The notes under the pieces: generated by a model
Database searches by the model: none
Seen by the model: only the letters and a program-made list of their open reading frames with translations
Told to the model about the DNA's origin: nothing
Program-made: the position numbers and the translations under genes
Assembly (NCBI GenBank): GCA_028685755.1
Contig: JAQUDJ010000003.1
Span: 60,525-124,524, forward strand
Reading direction: 5' to 3'
Length of the DNA: 64,000 nt
Source of the DNA: Eubacteriales bacterium
Lineage (GTDB): Bacteria; Bacillota; Clostridia; Saccharofermentanales; UBA5734
In this document: piece by piece, positions 27,517 through 36,801 of the stretch
Position numbering within the stretch: the first letter of the stretch is position 1
How the letters are laid out: every line of letters starts with the position of its first letter

Positions 27517-28635
27517 ATGCATGATCCTCGGCTAGACCGATTGGCCCATATGCTACTCAACCATTCTCTGCGCCTTGCAGCGGGTAACATTATCCTGATC
27601 AATGCGATCATCCCGGCCAAACCGTTGGTCAAAGCCTTGCTGCGTGAAGCCAAAAAGCAAAATCTTTATCCGGTCATCAACTGGATTGACGATGAAATTG
27701 CCCGCTTAGAATACGAACTGCTTGATCCAGTGAACCCGGCGACCCACGATTTTCTAGACCGACGCAACGACTGGAACACGGTAAGAATTGCTGATGTAAA
27801 AGCTGTCCTCAATATCCGCGGTTCGGAGAACGATCAAGAATTAGGTGGCGTCCCGGCTAATCGACTCCAAATGGTTAGCAAAGCAGCTGAAACCGTATCC
27901 CAAATGATCATCAATGAACGACAATGGGTACTTTTTTATTGGCCAACACCTGCACAAGCACAAAAAGCTGGTCTATCAACTGAAAGCTATACGGATTTTG
28001 TGTTGGATGTTAGCTTAGTTGATTATGAAAAACTCTATATCGCCGAACAAGCACTAGCCAAACGAATGGAAGCAGCCTCACGCGTCCATATAATCAGTCC
28101 GGGGACCGATTTGACATTTTCGATTGAGGGGTTGCCAGCCGTTTGCTGTTATGGGCGGCGTAATGTTCCGGACGGCGAAGTTTACACGGCGCCGATTCGC
28201 GACTCCGTCAACGGGAAGATCACCTATAATGTGCCATCGAATTATTGGGGTAAGACCTTTCATGAGATCTGCTTATCATTTGTCGAAGGCCGAATCGTCG
28301 AAGCAACGTGTAGCGGTGATGTCATTGCCCTGAACCGTATTTTTGACACGGACGATGGCGCTCGCTATATCGGTGAGTTTTCTTTTGGCGTCAATCCGTT
28401 GATCCGCGAATCGATCGGCAGCACACTTTTTGACGAAAAAATCACCGGTTCGCTGCATTTTACGCCGGGTAATGCTTACGCAAAAGCTGATAACGGCAAT
28501 CGCTCAACCATCCACTGGGATTTGATCCTGATTCAACGCCCTGAACACGGTGGTGGGGCGGTTTGGTTTGATGATGAACTGATCCGCAAAGACGGTTTAT
28601 TCATCCCGCAAGACCTGCAAAACTTGAACCCATAG
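27517..28635 (+). CDS. M29-family (AmpS/PepS-like) aminopeptidase
   Basis: Family-like motifs GEFSFGVNP, LFDEKITGSLHFTPGNAY and IHWDLI. Confidence 0.75.
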   Translation: MHDPRLDRLAHMLLNHSLRLAAGNIILINAIIPAKPLVKALLREAKKQNLYPVINWIDDEIARLEYELLDPVNPATHDFLDRRNDWNTVRIADVKAVLNIRGSENDQELGGVPANRLQMVSKAAETVSQMIINERQWVLFYWPTPAQAQKAGLSTESYTDFVLDVSLVDYEKLYIAEQALAKRMEAASRVHIISPGTDLTFSIEGLPAVCCYGRRNVPDGEVYTAPIRDSVNGKITYNVPSNYWGKTFHEICLSFVEGRIVEATCSGDVIALNRIFDTDDGARYIGEFSFGVNPLIRESIGSTLFDEKITGSLHFTPGNAYAKADNGNRSTIHWDLILIQRPEHGGGAVWFDDELIRKDGLFIPQDLQNLNP

Positions 28636-28684
28636 CCGGAATCGACTAAGATAAGCTGATAGTTCTCAACAGTAGGAGGAGTCC

Positions 28685-29968
28685 ATGCTCGATATCAATC
28701 TGATCCGTGAAAATCCCGCAATGGTCGCGGAAAAATTAGCTCGCAAAGGCTACACGGCTGACTTTACAGACTTTTTGGCACGTGATGAAAAACGCCGCCA
28801 ACTCATTTTTAAAACCGAAAACTTGAAAGCTGAAAAGAACAAAACGTCTGCCGAAATCCCCAAGTTAAAAAAAGAAGGCCAAGATGTACAACCGATCTTT
28901 GAGCAAATGAAGAAGATCTCAGATCAAATCAGCACCCTTGACGCGGAATTATCGACGATCGAATCTGAACAACAAAATTTTCTCGATGCATTGCCTAATC
29001 TCCCGGCAGATGACGTCATCGCTGGCGGTAAAGAAAACAATCAGGTCGTCACCGTTTTTGGTGAAAAACCGCAATTCAACTTTGAACCGAAACACCACGT
29101 CGATCTCGTCGAAGGACTCGGCATGATTGATTACACCCGTGGCGCCAAACTCGGCGGCAGCGGATTTTGGATCTATCGCAAAGATGGTGCCCTGCTCGAA
29201 TGGGCCCTGCTCAATTATTTTATGGCCGAACACCTCAAAGATGGCTACGAAATGATGTTCCCGCCGCACATTTTGACTTACCAGTGTGGCTATACCGCCG
29301 GTCAATTTCCCAAATTCAAAGACGATGTTTTTCAACTCCGTCGCGATGAAGGCGATGACTTCACCCATTTCATTTTACCAACTGCGGAAACTGCCCTTGT
29401 CAATTTACACCGCGACGAAATTCTCGACGAAGATGCGTTGCCGTTCAAATACTTCGCCTACACACCGTGCTATCGCAAGGAAGCAGGTAGCTACCGTGCT
29501 GAAGAACGCGGCATGATCCGCGGCCACCAATTCAACAAAATCGAAATGTTCCAATATGCCTTGCCGGAAAATTCAAGTGCGGCCCTTGAGGAACTTGTCG
29601 ACAAGGCTGCAGCACTCGTCCGCGGCCTCGGTTTGCATCATCGGATCAGTAAATTGGCAGCCGGTGACTGCAGTGCCTCGATGGTTAAAACTTATGATAT
29701 CGAAGTCTGGATTCCGAGTATGAATGATTATAAAGAGGTTAGCTCGGCCTCGAATGCGGGTGATTATCAGGCTCGGCGTGGCAACATGAAGTTCCGCCGC
29801 AAAGCGACTAATAAGCTCGAATATGTGCATACGTTGAATGCTTCCGGCCTGGCGACGAGTCGCATCATGCCGGCGATCGTCGAACATTATCAGCAAGCTG
29901 ATGGTAGCATCATTATTCCTGAGGTTCTCCGCCCTTGGATGGGTGGGCGCACTATAATCAATCGCTAA
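28685..29968 (+). CDS. serS: seryl-tRNA synthetase
   Basis: MLDINLIRENP start, coiled-coil arm and class II motifs (FRKEAGS-like YRKEAGSYRAEERG, GLATSR). Confidence 0.95.
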   Translation: MLDINLIRENPAMVAEKLARKGYTADFTDFLARDEKRRQLIFKTENLKAEKNKTSAEIPKLKKEGQDVQPIFEQMKKISDQISTLDAELSTIESEQQNFLDALPNLPADDVIAGGKENNQVVTVFGEKPQFNFEPKHHVDLVEGLGMIDYTRGAKLGGSGFWIYRKDGALLEWALLNYFMAEHLKDGYEMMFPPHILTYQCGYTAGQFPKFKDDVFQLRRDEGDDFTHFILPTAETALVNLHRDEILDEDALPFKYFAYTPCYRKEAGSYRAEERGMIRGHQFNKIEMFQYALPENSSAALEELVDKAAALVRGLGLHHRISKLAAGDCSASMVKTYDIEVWIPSMNDYKEVSSASNAGDYQARRGNMKFRRKATNKLEYVHTLNASGLATSRIMPAIVEHYQQADGSIIIPEVLRPWMGGRTIINR

Positions 29969-30071
29969 TTTAGTGCGAAAGCAGACCGTCGCTGCTGATG
30001 ACCAAAGCATCGGATCCATGTTAAAATTAATTGAAAATCAACTTAGTCATACTGCGAGGGAGGAACGTCGC

Positions 30072-30485
30072 ATGCTGGTTCGCAATTGCTCCGGTGGACT
30101 TGTGTTTTTTAATGACAAAGTCCTGCTGCTCAAAAACGACAAACATGAATGGGTATTCCCAAAGGGCGTTCTTCGTGAACACGAAGACGAGAAATCATTA
30201 GCGCTGCGCCGTGTTTTACTCGAAGCCGGTGTGAAAGGCCACATCCTTGGCTATGCTGGCAAAACGGCTTACGAATTCTATTCCTTATCCCGTCAACGTC
30301 CGGTTGCCAATTCCATCAAATGGTACATCATGACCTGTGAAACGGATGAAGTTGTACCAAGTGCTGAAAACAACTTTATCGACGGTAGCTTTTTCCCCAT
30401 AGAAAGTGCCCTTGAGATGGTGACATATGATCAGGATAAATCGATGCTGATGCTCGCCTTCCAAAAATACCGCGATCTGATCTGA
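30072..30485 (+). CDS. Nudix-fold protein with a degenerate Nudix box
   Basis: GAGGGAGG precedes ATG 30072. The box reads GVLREHEDEKSLALRRVLLEAGV, with the REUXEE glutamates partly replaced. Confidence 0.65.
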   Translation: MLVRNCSGGLVFFNDKVLLLKNDKHEWVFPKGVLREHEDEKSLALRRVLLEAGVKGHILGYAGKTAYEFYSLSRQRPVANSIKWYIMTCETDEVVPSAENNFIDGSFFPIESALEMVTYDQDKSMLMLAFQKYRDLI

Positions 30486-30516
30486 TCCGTAGCCGATTCG
30501 GCTGTTTAGGACCTGC

Positions 30517-31182
30517 ATGACGACAAAAACTTTCCACCGCGACATGTACCGCACTGTTAGTCAAGCTGCCCGTATTGAATGGATCGAGCGCAAATCTCGT
30601 TTCATTGCAGAATGCCGGCCACTTGCGGATGAAAATCAAGCACAAGCTTTTATACGTGGCATTCGGGATGAGTTTCCGGATGCCACGCATCATGTTTACG
30701 CCTGGATTCTTGGCGGCGAACAGCAATTACAACGCTTTTCCGATGATGGGGAACCCCAAGGCACCGCTGGATTACCGGTGCTGGATGTTTTGCGCAAACC
30801 GGGAATTGAACAAGCTGGTATTGTGGTTGCGCGATACTTCGGGGGAACGCTACTCGGTACTGGCGGACTCGTCCATGCCTATGGGCAAGCAGCGGCGTTA
30901 GCACTCGAAGCAGCACGCCCAATGACCTTGCAACGCTGCCGGCGCGTCTTACTCACGCTCGATTACAAAGATCTTGATCGAATGCGTCATCAGCTTAATC
31001 AACGCGGCTTTATGTTCGAGGCAGCCCGTTTTGGCGTCGATGCTGAACTGCCTGTCGCAACACCGGCAGCGCGCTATGATGAATTGATTGCCCTGTGTAA
31101 TGACTTGACTGCGGGCTCGGCGTTGATTGAAGCCCTCAATTGGGCTTATATCCCAATTGAGGATCGTCAAAGTGGGCCATAG
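30517..31182 (+). CDS. yigZ: YigZ/IMPACT-family protein (UPF0029)
   Basis: HHVYAW ... FSDDGEPQGTAGLPVL ... VVVARYFGGTLLGTGGL motifs. Confidence 0.85.
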   Translation: MTTKTFHRDMYRTVSQAARIEWIERKSRFIAECRPLADENQAQAFIRGIRDEFPDATHHVYAWILGGEQQLQRFSDDGEPQGTAGLPVLDVLRKPGIEQAGIVVARYFGGTLLGTGGLVHAYGQAAALALEAARPMTLQRCRRVLLTLDYKDLDRMRHQLNQRGFMFEAARFGVDAELPVATPAARYDELIALCNDLTAGSALIEALNWAYIPIEDRQSGP

Positions 31183-31304
31183 CCATCGCGATAGTCATCG
31201 CCATAGTCATCGCGATGGCCCCGCTTCCCTTGCCGAAAACCCCCAAAAACAGCTATAATAAAGCACTTGAAGGCTCATAAAACCAATCGACAGGAGACAC
31301 ACAC

Positions 31305-32030
31305 ATGTCTGGCCATTCTAAATGGAACAACATCAAACGCAAAAAAGGCGAAGCCGATGCCCAACGTGGTGCAATCTTTACTAAACTCGGCCGTGAGATC
31401 CAAGTCGCAGTCAAAAATGGTGGTGCTGACCCGGAGGCGAATAGCCGTCTGAAAGATATTATCGCCAAAGCGAAATCCGCAAATATGCCCAACGACAATA
31501 TTCAACGCAGTATCAAAAAGGCATCCGGATCCGGTGATGCGGATAACTTTGAAGAAATCACCTATGAAGGTTATGGTCCAGGCGGTGTCGCTGTGATGGT
31601 TCGCACCTTGTCCGACAACCGCAATCGGACAGCCGGCGACGTTCGCCACATGTTCGACAAGCACGGTGGTAACATGGGCACGAACGGTTGCGTTTCCTTT
31701 CTATTTCAAGAAAAAGGCACATTGATCATTGACCGCGAACTGTTCGAAGACGAAGAAGCCGTGATGATGGATGCACTAGATGCCGGAGCCGAAGATTTCG
31801 CCGCCGAAGAAGAATTCTATGAAGTGACGACCTCTCCCGAAGATTATCAAGCTGTCCGGACAGCCCTCGAAAAGAAAAAATATGTATTTATCGATATATC
31901 ACTCGGCCCGGTTCCGGTCACCTGGACCGCCATTACAGACAGTGATCTCACTGAAAAAATGGAAAAAATGATCGACAAATTAGAAGAGCTCGACGACGTT
32001 CAGGAAGTCTACCACAACTGGGACAACTGA
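31305..32030 (+). CDS. yebC: YebC/PmpR-family protein
   Basis: MSGHSKWNNIKRKKG start and typical length. Confidence 0.95.
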   Translation: MSGHSKWNNIKRKKGEADAQRGAIFTKLGREIQVAVKNGGADPEANSRLKDIIAKAKSANMPNDNIQRSIKKASGSGDADNFEEITYEGYGPGGVAVMVRTLSDNRNRTAGDVRHMFDKHGGNMGTNGCVSFLFQEKGTLIIDRELFEDEEAVMMDALDAGAEDFAAEEEFYEVTTSPEDYQAVRTALEKKKYVFIDISLGPVPVTWTAITDSDLTEKMEKMIDKLEELDDVQEVYHNWDN

Positions 32031-32048
32031 CAAGGGAGGTGAGGCAAC

Positions 32049-33104
32049 ATGGCCAAACGCACGGACAAATCCAAATCCGCTGCTGAAGGACAGCCCTCAT
32101 CTCTTTTTAATGCCATGGCTAGCGGTAGCGGGCCCTTGTCACGCTGGGCAGAGGCGGTCAAAAGTACCGTCGGAACAAGTCCATCCGCACAAGACATCCG
32201 CGACGAAAATGAAATCCTAAAAGCCGCGCTCGACAAAATCGCCGTGGTGGCCTTTATCGGGCCTTCCGGCACCGGCAAAAGTACCCGGGCGATTCGGGTT
32301 GCACGCGAAAATAACATCGCCTATCTGATCGACGATGGTCTGCTCATCAAAGGTAGCCGGATCGTCGCGGGCACTTCGGCTAAAAAGGCAGCCTCCAAAA
32401 TCGAATCCGTCCGCCAAGCGTTATTCGCTGATGCCTCCCGTTCGCAAACCATGCGCCGCACGTTAGCCGACCATCAGCCAGCCGCACTCATGATCTTAGG
32501 CACTTCCGATGCCATGCTCGAAAAGATCTGCACCAATCTCTGGCTCAATCAGCCGGCGATGCTGATCCGGATCGAAGATGTCAGCTCTGAAGAAGAAATG
32601 CGTCAAGCGAAACAAACGCGCATAACAGAAGGTAAGCACACGATACCCGTGCCAAGCATGGAGATCAAGCACGAATTTTCTGGCCATTTTTCCGACCCGA
32701 TATCGCGTCTGCGTCGCCGTTGGGACCGCGATCGTGGCGTCGCCCCGCTAGTCGCGGAAGCAGACCGCACTGTCGTAAGACCAACTTTCTCCACCTTGGG
32801 CAGCTACTCGATTTCTGATGAAGCGCTACGGATGATGATCGAACTTATTTTGCGCCGCATCCGAGGTGTCGCCTATCTGACTGATTGCAAGATTTTCAAA
32901 GAAATTTATGGAGTTGTGATCAATCTAGATCTCGCTCTTGGTTATGGGTTTAATGCCCAGCTCGTTCTTCGTGAAGCCCAAGAAAAAGTCAGCCATCTTG
33001 TCGAAGAATACACGTCGGTCAATGTCATGGTCGTCAACGTCAAAGCACGCCGAGTCGTCCATTTGAGTAATGTCTCGTCTACCGCAGGAGGATCCCAATC
33101 GTGA
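32049..33104 (+). CDS. uncharacterised fusion: N-terminal P-loop NTPase domain plus C-terminal Asp23/Gls24-like domain
   Basis: Walker A GPSGTGKST (32259-32285), followed by LIDDGLLI in an HprK-like arrangement. The C-terminal ISDEALRMMIE...GV...V.V...NV.VVNVKARRV pattern resembles Asp23. Confidence 0.55.
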   Translation: MAKRTDKSKSAAEGQPSSLFNAMASGSGPLSRWAEAVKSTVGTSPSAQDIRDENEILKAALDKIAVVAFIGPSGTGKSTRAIRVARENNIAYLIDDGLLIKGSRIVAGTSAKKAASKIESVRQALFADASRSQTMRRTLADHQPAALMILGTSDAMLEKICTNLWLNQPAMLIRIEDVSSEEEMRQAKQTRITEGKHTIPVPSMEIKHEFSGHFSDPISRLRRRWDRDRGVAPLVAEADRTVVRPTFSTLGSYSISDEALRMMIELILRRIRGVAYLTDCKIFKEIYGVVINLDLALGYGFNAQLVLREAQEKVSHLVEEYTSVNVMVVNVKARRVVHLSNVSSTAGGSQS

Positions 33105-33847
33105 AAGAAAAAATCTACACGATCCCCGTCCACGACGCATATAACGCACAGGGTGGATGCCCACTTTGCACGTTGGAACAAACCCTCACCGACGAACTGC
33201 TGCAATATTATCTCGGCCCAGCCTTAATGGAACCAGAAGTTCGCATCAAGACCAACGACCTCGGCTTTTGTCGCGAACATTGGCGTGGCTTGTATAACCG
33301 TGAAGAAAATCGACTCGGACTGGGTCTTTTGATTCACACCCATACGGCAGATGTCACAGATGACCTGCACAAAACCCTGCCACAAGCGATCCCCGCCACT
33401 CAAAAGGGGCTTTTTGCTGGAAAACAAAAAGACTTCCGCGACAAAATTCTCGAAGTTGCTGAAGCGATCGAACACCGCACGCAGACTTGCACAATCTGCG
33501 AGCGCCTCGACCAAACGATGCAACACTACTTAGATGTGATTTTTCACGAATACTACCATGAACCTGAATTCCGAAAGCAATTCGATGAAGGCCATGGCTA
33601 TTGCCTGCAACACCTTGCCTTGCTTTTACGTGGCGCAGCCAAATATCTCGGCCAAAATCAGGCTGCCGAATTTATTCTGCACCTGACCAACCAGCAACAT
33701 GAAAGCTTAGAAGCACTGCGCGATGATGTCGAATGGTTCACTCAGAAATTTGACTATCGCAATACTCAGGCAGACTGGAAAAATAGCAAAGACGCACTGC
33801 CCCGCGCGATTCGCAAACTCAATGGCCGCACGGATTTGCGCCAGTAA
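33101..33847 (+). CDS. uncharacterised Cys/His-rich protein (CPLC, CREH, CTIC, CLQH motifs)
   Basis: GTG start overlaps the upstream stop (GTGA). Coding-like composition. I cannot name a family reliably. Confidence 0.5.
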   Translation: MKEKIYTIPVHDAYNAQGGCPLCTLEQTLTDELLQYYLGPALMEPEVRIKTNDLGFCREHWRGLYNREENRLGLGLLIHTHTADVTDDLHKTLPQAIPATQKGLFAGKQKDFRDKILEVAEAIEHRTQTCTICERLDQTMQHYLDVIFHEYYHEPEFRKQFDEGHGYCLQHLALLLRGAAKYLGQNQAAEFILHLTNQQHESLEALRDDVEWFTQKFDYRNTQADWKNSKDALPRAIRKLNGRTDLRQ

Positions 33848-33870
33848 CGCAATCGAAAGAAGGAAGAAGC

Positions 33871-34344
33871 TTGAAAAAGCGAGAAATCGAAGCTAATTTT
33901 GGCCATGGCACCACCGACCATGCCACAACTTTACCCAAAACAGCCGTATCGACCGGCCCGATCAAACTCCCAGAAAAATTAAAACTATTTAGCGATAACC
34001 CTGCCGAACCAGTAACGGTCGTCTTTGGCTCAGATCGATTGGGCGAAGGTGACCCGAGCCTAGGCCGTGAGCTGCTAAAAACATTTCTCATGGCCCTTGA
34101 TGATCAACCCAAGCCACCCGAGGCCCTTATCTTTTATAACGCCGGTGCCCAACTGATTCTCGAAGACTCCCCAGTCCTCGCGATTTTAAAAAGCCTCCAA
34201 CACAAGCGCACCGAAGTCCTCGTCTGTAAAACTAGCTTATTTCACTATGACGCCAAAGGCCGCGTTGCCGTTGGTGAGATCCGGACCATGGCCATGCTCG
34301 TTGAGCGCATGCTGCTAGCCCACCATATACTTTGGCCCAAGTAA
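33871..34344 (+). CDS. DsrE/YedF-C-terminal-like small redox/sulfur-carrier-fold protein
   Basis: VVFGSDRLGEGDPSLGRELLKTFLMAL...ALIFYNAGAQL...VLVCKTSL resembles the DsrE-like half of YedF-type proteins. The TTG start is uncertain. Confidence 0.5.
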   Translation: MKKREIEANFGHGTTDHATTLPKTAVSTGPIKLPEKLKLFSDNPAEPVTVVFGSDRLGEGDPSLGRELLKTFLMALDDQPKPPEALIFYNAGAQLILEDSPVLAILKSLQHKRTEVLVCKTSLFHYDAKGRVAVGEIRTMAMLVERMLLAHHILWPK

Positions 34345-34414
34345 CTGATCGAGTGATTGCGGTGCTTTGCACTGAACTGACACTGCAATGGCACCGTAAA
34401 CCACTGTCCAATAA

Positions 34415-34443
34415 TTGACAATTACCAGAAACGATGATAATAT
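34415..34443 (+). promoter_or_regulatory. sigma-A promoter of tRNA-Ser
   Basis: TTGACA (34415-34420), 17 bp, TAATAT (34438-34443), about 40 nt upstream of the tRNA. Confidence 0.55.
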
Positions 34444-34482
34444 TTGCTTTGCTCGTCGCAAAACGAGCCCCTCAAAGAGCTT

Positions 34483-34572
34483 GGAGAGTTGGCTGAGTGG
34501 TCGAAGGCGCATGACTGGAAATCATGTTTACGTGAAAGCGTAACTAGGGTTCAAATCCCTAACTCTCCGCCA
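34483..34572 (+). tRNA. tRNA-Ser (anticodon GGA), long variable arm, encoded CCA
   Basis: Acceptor stem GGAGAGT/ACTCTCC, anticodon loop CU-GGA-AA, T-arm TAGGG-TTCAAAT-CCCTA, and 3' GCCA. Confidence 0.95.
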
Positions 34573-34577
34573 TTTTT

Positions 34578-34621
34578 TACCATCTACTGATAGAACACTT
34601 CTGTCAGTAGATGGTATTTTT
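34578..34621 (+). terminator. rho-independent terminator after tRNA-Ser
   Basis: 13-bp stem TACCATCTACTGA/TCAGTAGATGGTA followed by T5. Confidence 0.85.
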
Positions 34622-34760
34622 ATGCCCGGAATTGCCGGATAACAAAATATTTCTGGGATTTATCAACAGTAAAATATTGAAATGATATCGCCCGAAAAGT
34701 CACACCGCAATCAAAATCATAACAGTTTACCTGCTCCAGTTTTTAGGATATAGCCATCCG

Positions 34761-35774
34761 TTAGGTCTTTTCTCCCGAAAAATAAATTCCGGCATTTTTG
34801 CGCGCCGTCTCGATGACGCCAATGGTCTCGATCGTCGTTTCGAGGTTACGGTCGAGGACGTCAGGGCTGCCCGAATTGACTAGCTCGGTGATCTTTTGGA
34901 TCTCATAAAACCAACGATCTGGGTTTGATTGTTTATTAAAGGTTTCATCTGACGTTTTCGTCACAACGCGGACCTCGGTTATGCCGTTACTACCATCCTT
35001 GATGTAAATATAGCCTTTTTCGCCTTCGATCTGCACAAAGTTGATGCCCCAGGTATCTTTGGCGCCTGCACAGCTACTGACAAAACCGTCATAGTTGAGG
35101 AGCACGATCCCGGACGTATCAATCGGACCTTGCGACGAACTATGATAAAGGTTTGGATAATAAACGGCTTGTTGGGGCTTGCCGAACAAGGCGACATTCA
35201 AATAGACATTGTAGAAATTGATGTCTTGCAAGCAACCACCGGCAAATTCGGGGTTAAAAACATTTGACACTTCGCCAATGAGTAATTTGTCATAACGACT
35301 TGAATATTGGCTGTAATTGCTCATGACCAGTTTGATCTGGCCGATCTTCGGTAGCTGCTGTTTGACGATCGCAAAATTCGGTAAAAAGGCAGTTGGTACA
35401 GCTTCAATGAGCATCAAATTTCGCGATCGTGCGAGTTTGACAAGGGCTTCAACCTGCCACTTTTCGGGCGCCATTGGCTTTTCACAGATGACATTTTTAC
35501 CGTGTTCTAGTGCTAATTTAGCTTGACGAAAATGCATGTTGTTTGGGGAAGCGACATAAATGAAATTGATGTCCGGATCATTGAGTAAATCCTCAATCTC
35601 GGTATAAACCTTCTGAACGCCATAATCATTTGCCAGTTCTCGACCTGATTTTTCAGTGCGTGAATAAACGGCTTCTAAGTTGATCCCATCTGTTGCTTGG
35701 ATGGCGTCGAGGATCGAGCGGACGATAACACCGCTACCAATTGTGCCAACTTTCATTTGGTTCATTTTACTCAC
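34761..35774 (-). CDS. Gfo/Idh/MocA-family NAD(P)-dependent oxidoreductase
   Basis: N-terminal Rossmann motif VGTIGSGVI and EKPMA motif. Confidence 0.85.
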   Translation of the reverse strand: MSKMNQMKVGTIGSGVIVRSILDAIQATDGINLEAVYSRTEKSGRELANDYGVQKVYTEIEDLLNDPDINFIYVASPNNMHFRQAKLALEHGKNVICEKPMAPEKWQVEALVKLARSRNLMLIEAVPTAFLPNFAIVKQQLPKIGQIKLVMSNYSQYSSRYDKLLIGEVSNVFNPEFAGGCLQDINFYNVYLNVALFGKPQQAVYYPNLYHSSSQGPIDTSGIVLLNYDGFVSSCAGAKDTWGINFVQIEGEKGYIYIKDGSNGITEVRVVTKTSDETFNKQSNPDRWFYEIQKITELVNSGSPDVLDRNLETTIETIGVIETARKNAGIYFSGEKT

Positions 35775-35775
35775 C

Positions 35776-36801
35776 TTAATCCTTTTTCATGTGTGATTTT
35801 GCGACTTCGGTCGCAGCTTCGAGAATTTCAAGCACCGTGGTGACTTGCTCATCGGGGATGCATTTTTCTGTACCGTGTTCGATCGCTTCAACGAGACTGT
35901 CGTAAATGCGTTCATAGTGTGCATAGCCCACTGGGACGGCTTCGGTTTCGATTTGACCTTCAGCAGTAAGGTAAGTAAGTGTGCCCCACCGTTCTTGTGG
36001 AGCAATACCTGTTTTAATCTGGTGGCGACCGAGCACTTTCGCTTTTGAGGATCCGTGCAAAGCCGGGGGCAGGGTAAAACTGCCGCGTGTCCCGTGGACC
36101 GTGAAGCGTGGATAATCAATCAGGACGCACATATTGCAGTTAACGGTTGCCTTCATATTGCCGTAATGAAAATCAAGATCGTAGTAATCATCCCCAACAC
36201 CGGGATGGTGGATGCTACGGACGTCGTAATGCATCTGATCGGGAGTGCCGAATAAGCTAATAACTTGATCGATCGTATGTACAGCTAGATTATAAAGTGT
36301 CCCAAGGTGTGGATACCAGCCGTTTGTTTTGAAATAATCATAATGACTTTCTAGCTTGACGAGTTCGCCGAGTTTGCCACTAGCGATCACTTCTTTTACA
36401 GCCAGCAAATCGGCATCAAAACGCCGGTTTTGGTTCGGCATGCAAACCAAACCTGTTGCACGCGCCAGATCAAAAACGTCACGGGCTTCAGCCGCTGTTG
36501 CTGAAAAAGGCTTTTCAACGAGTGTGTGTTTGCCGTGATTGAGGGCTTCTGTGGCATACCAGGTGTGATATTTGTCAGGCGCGCCGATGACGACGAGATT
36601 GACTGCTAAATCATTCCAAATTAAGTTGAGATCTGAAGTAAAAATAATTTCCGGATAGAAGGGCTCGTATGCCGCATTCTGGGCAATATCCGCTTCGCGT
36701 CGATAAACGTATTTGACGGTGACATTCGTCTTATCTTCGACATAAGGAATGTGATATTCGCGGATACTGACTCCGAATCCGATATATGCGACTGTTAACA
36801 T
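35776..36801 (-). CDS. Gfo/Idh/MocA-family NAD(P)-dependent oxidoreductase
   Basis: YIGFGVS Rossmann start and EKPFS motif. Confidence 0.85.
   Translation of the reverse strand: MLTVAYIGFGVSIREYHIPYVEDKTNVTVKYVYRREADIAQNAAYEPFYPEIIFTSDLNLIWNDLAVNLVVIGAPDKYHTWYATEALNHGKHTLVEKPFSATAAEARDVFDLARATGLVCMPNQNRRFDADLLAVKEVIASGKLGELVKLESHYDYFKTNGWYPHLGTLYNLAVHTIDQVISLFGTPDQMHYDVRSIHHPGVGDDYYDLDFHYGNMKATVNCNMCVLIDYPRFTVHGTRGSFTLPPALHGSSKAKVLGRHQIKTGIAPQERWGTLTYLTAEGQIETEAVPVGYAHYERIYDSLVEAIEHGTEKCIPDEQVTTVLEILEAATEVAKSHMKKD

Noticed and set aside
28636-28684. Possible T-box leader upstream of serS.
   Set aside because: Only 49 nt separate the aminopeptidase stop from the serS start. That is far too short for a T-box (about 200 nt or more), and no specifier or T-box sequence is visible.
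31183-31218. 10-bp inverted repeat CCATCGCGAT/ATCGCGATGG with an internal 12-nt direct repeat (ATAGTCATCGC twice) right after yigZ. A +1 frame here would encode a His-rich HSHRDSHRHSHRD extension.
   Set aside because: No U-run follows the hairpin, so it is a poor terminator. There is no slippery sequence or other evidence for frameshifting, and the His-rich reading is most likely a by-product of the repeat. I note it only because His-rich tails recur elsewhere in the window.
34483-34572. The tRNA next to the YedF/DsrE-like gene could have been tRNA-Sec, hinting at a selenium locus.
   Set aside because: The anticodon loop reads CU-GGA-AA, so the anticodon is GGA (Ser), not UCA. The acceptor and T arms have the normal 7/5 geometry of tRNA-Ser.
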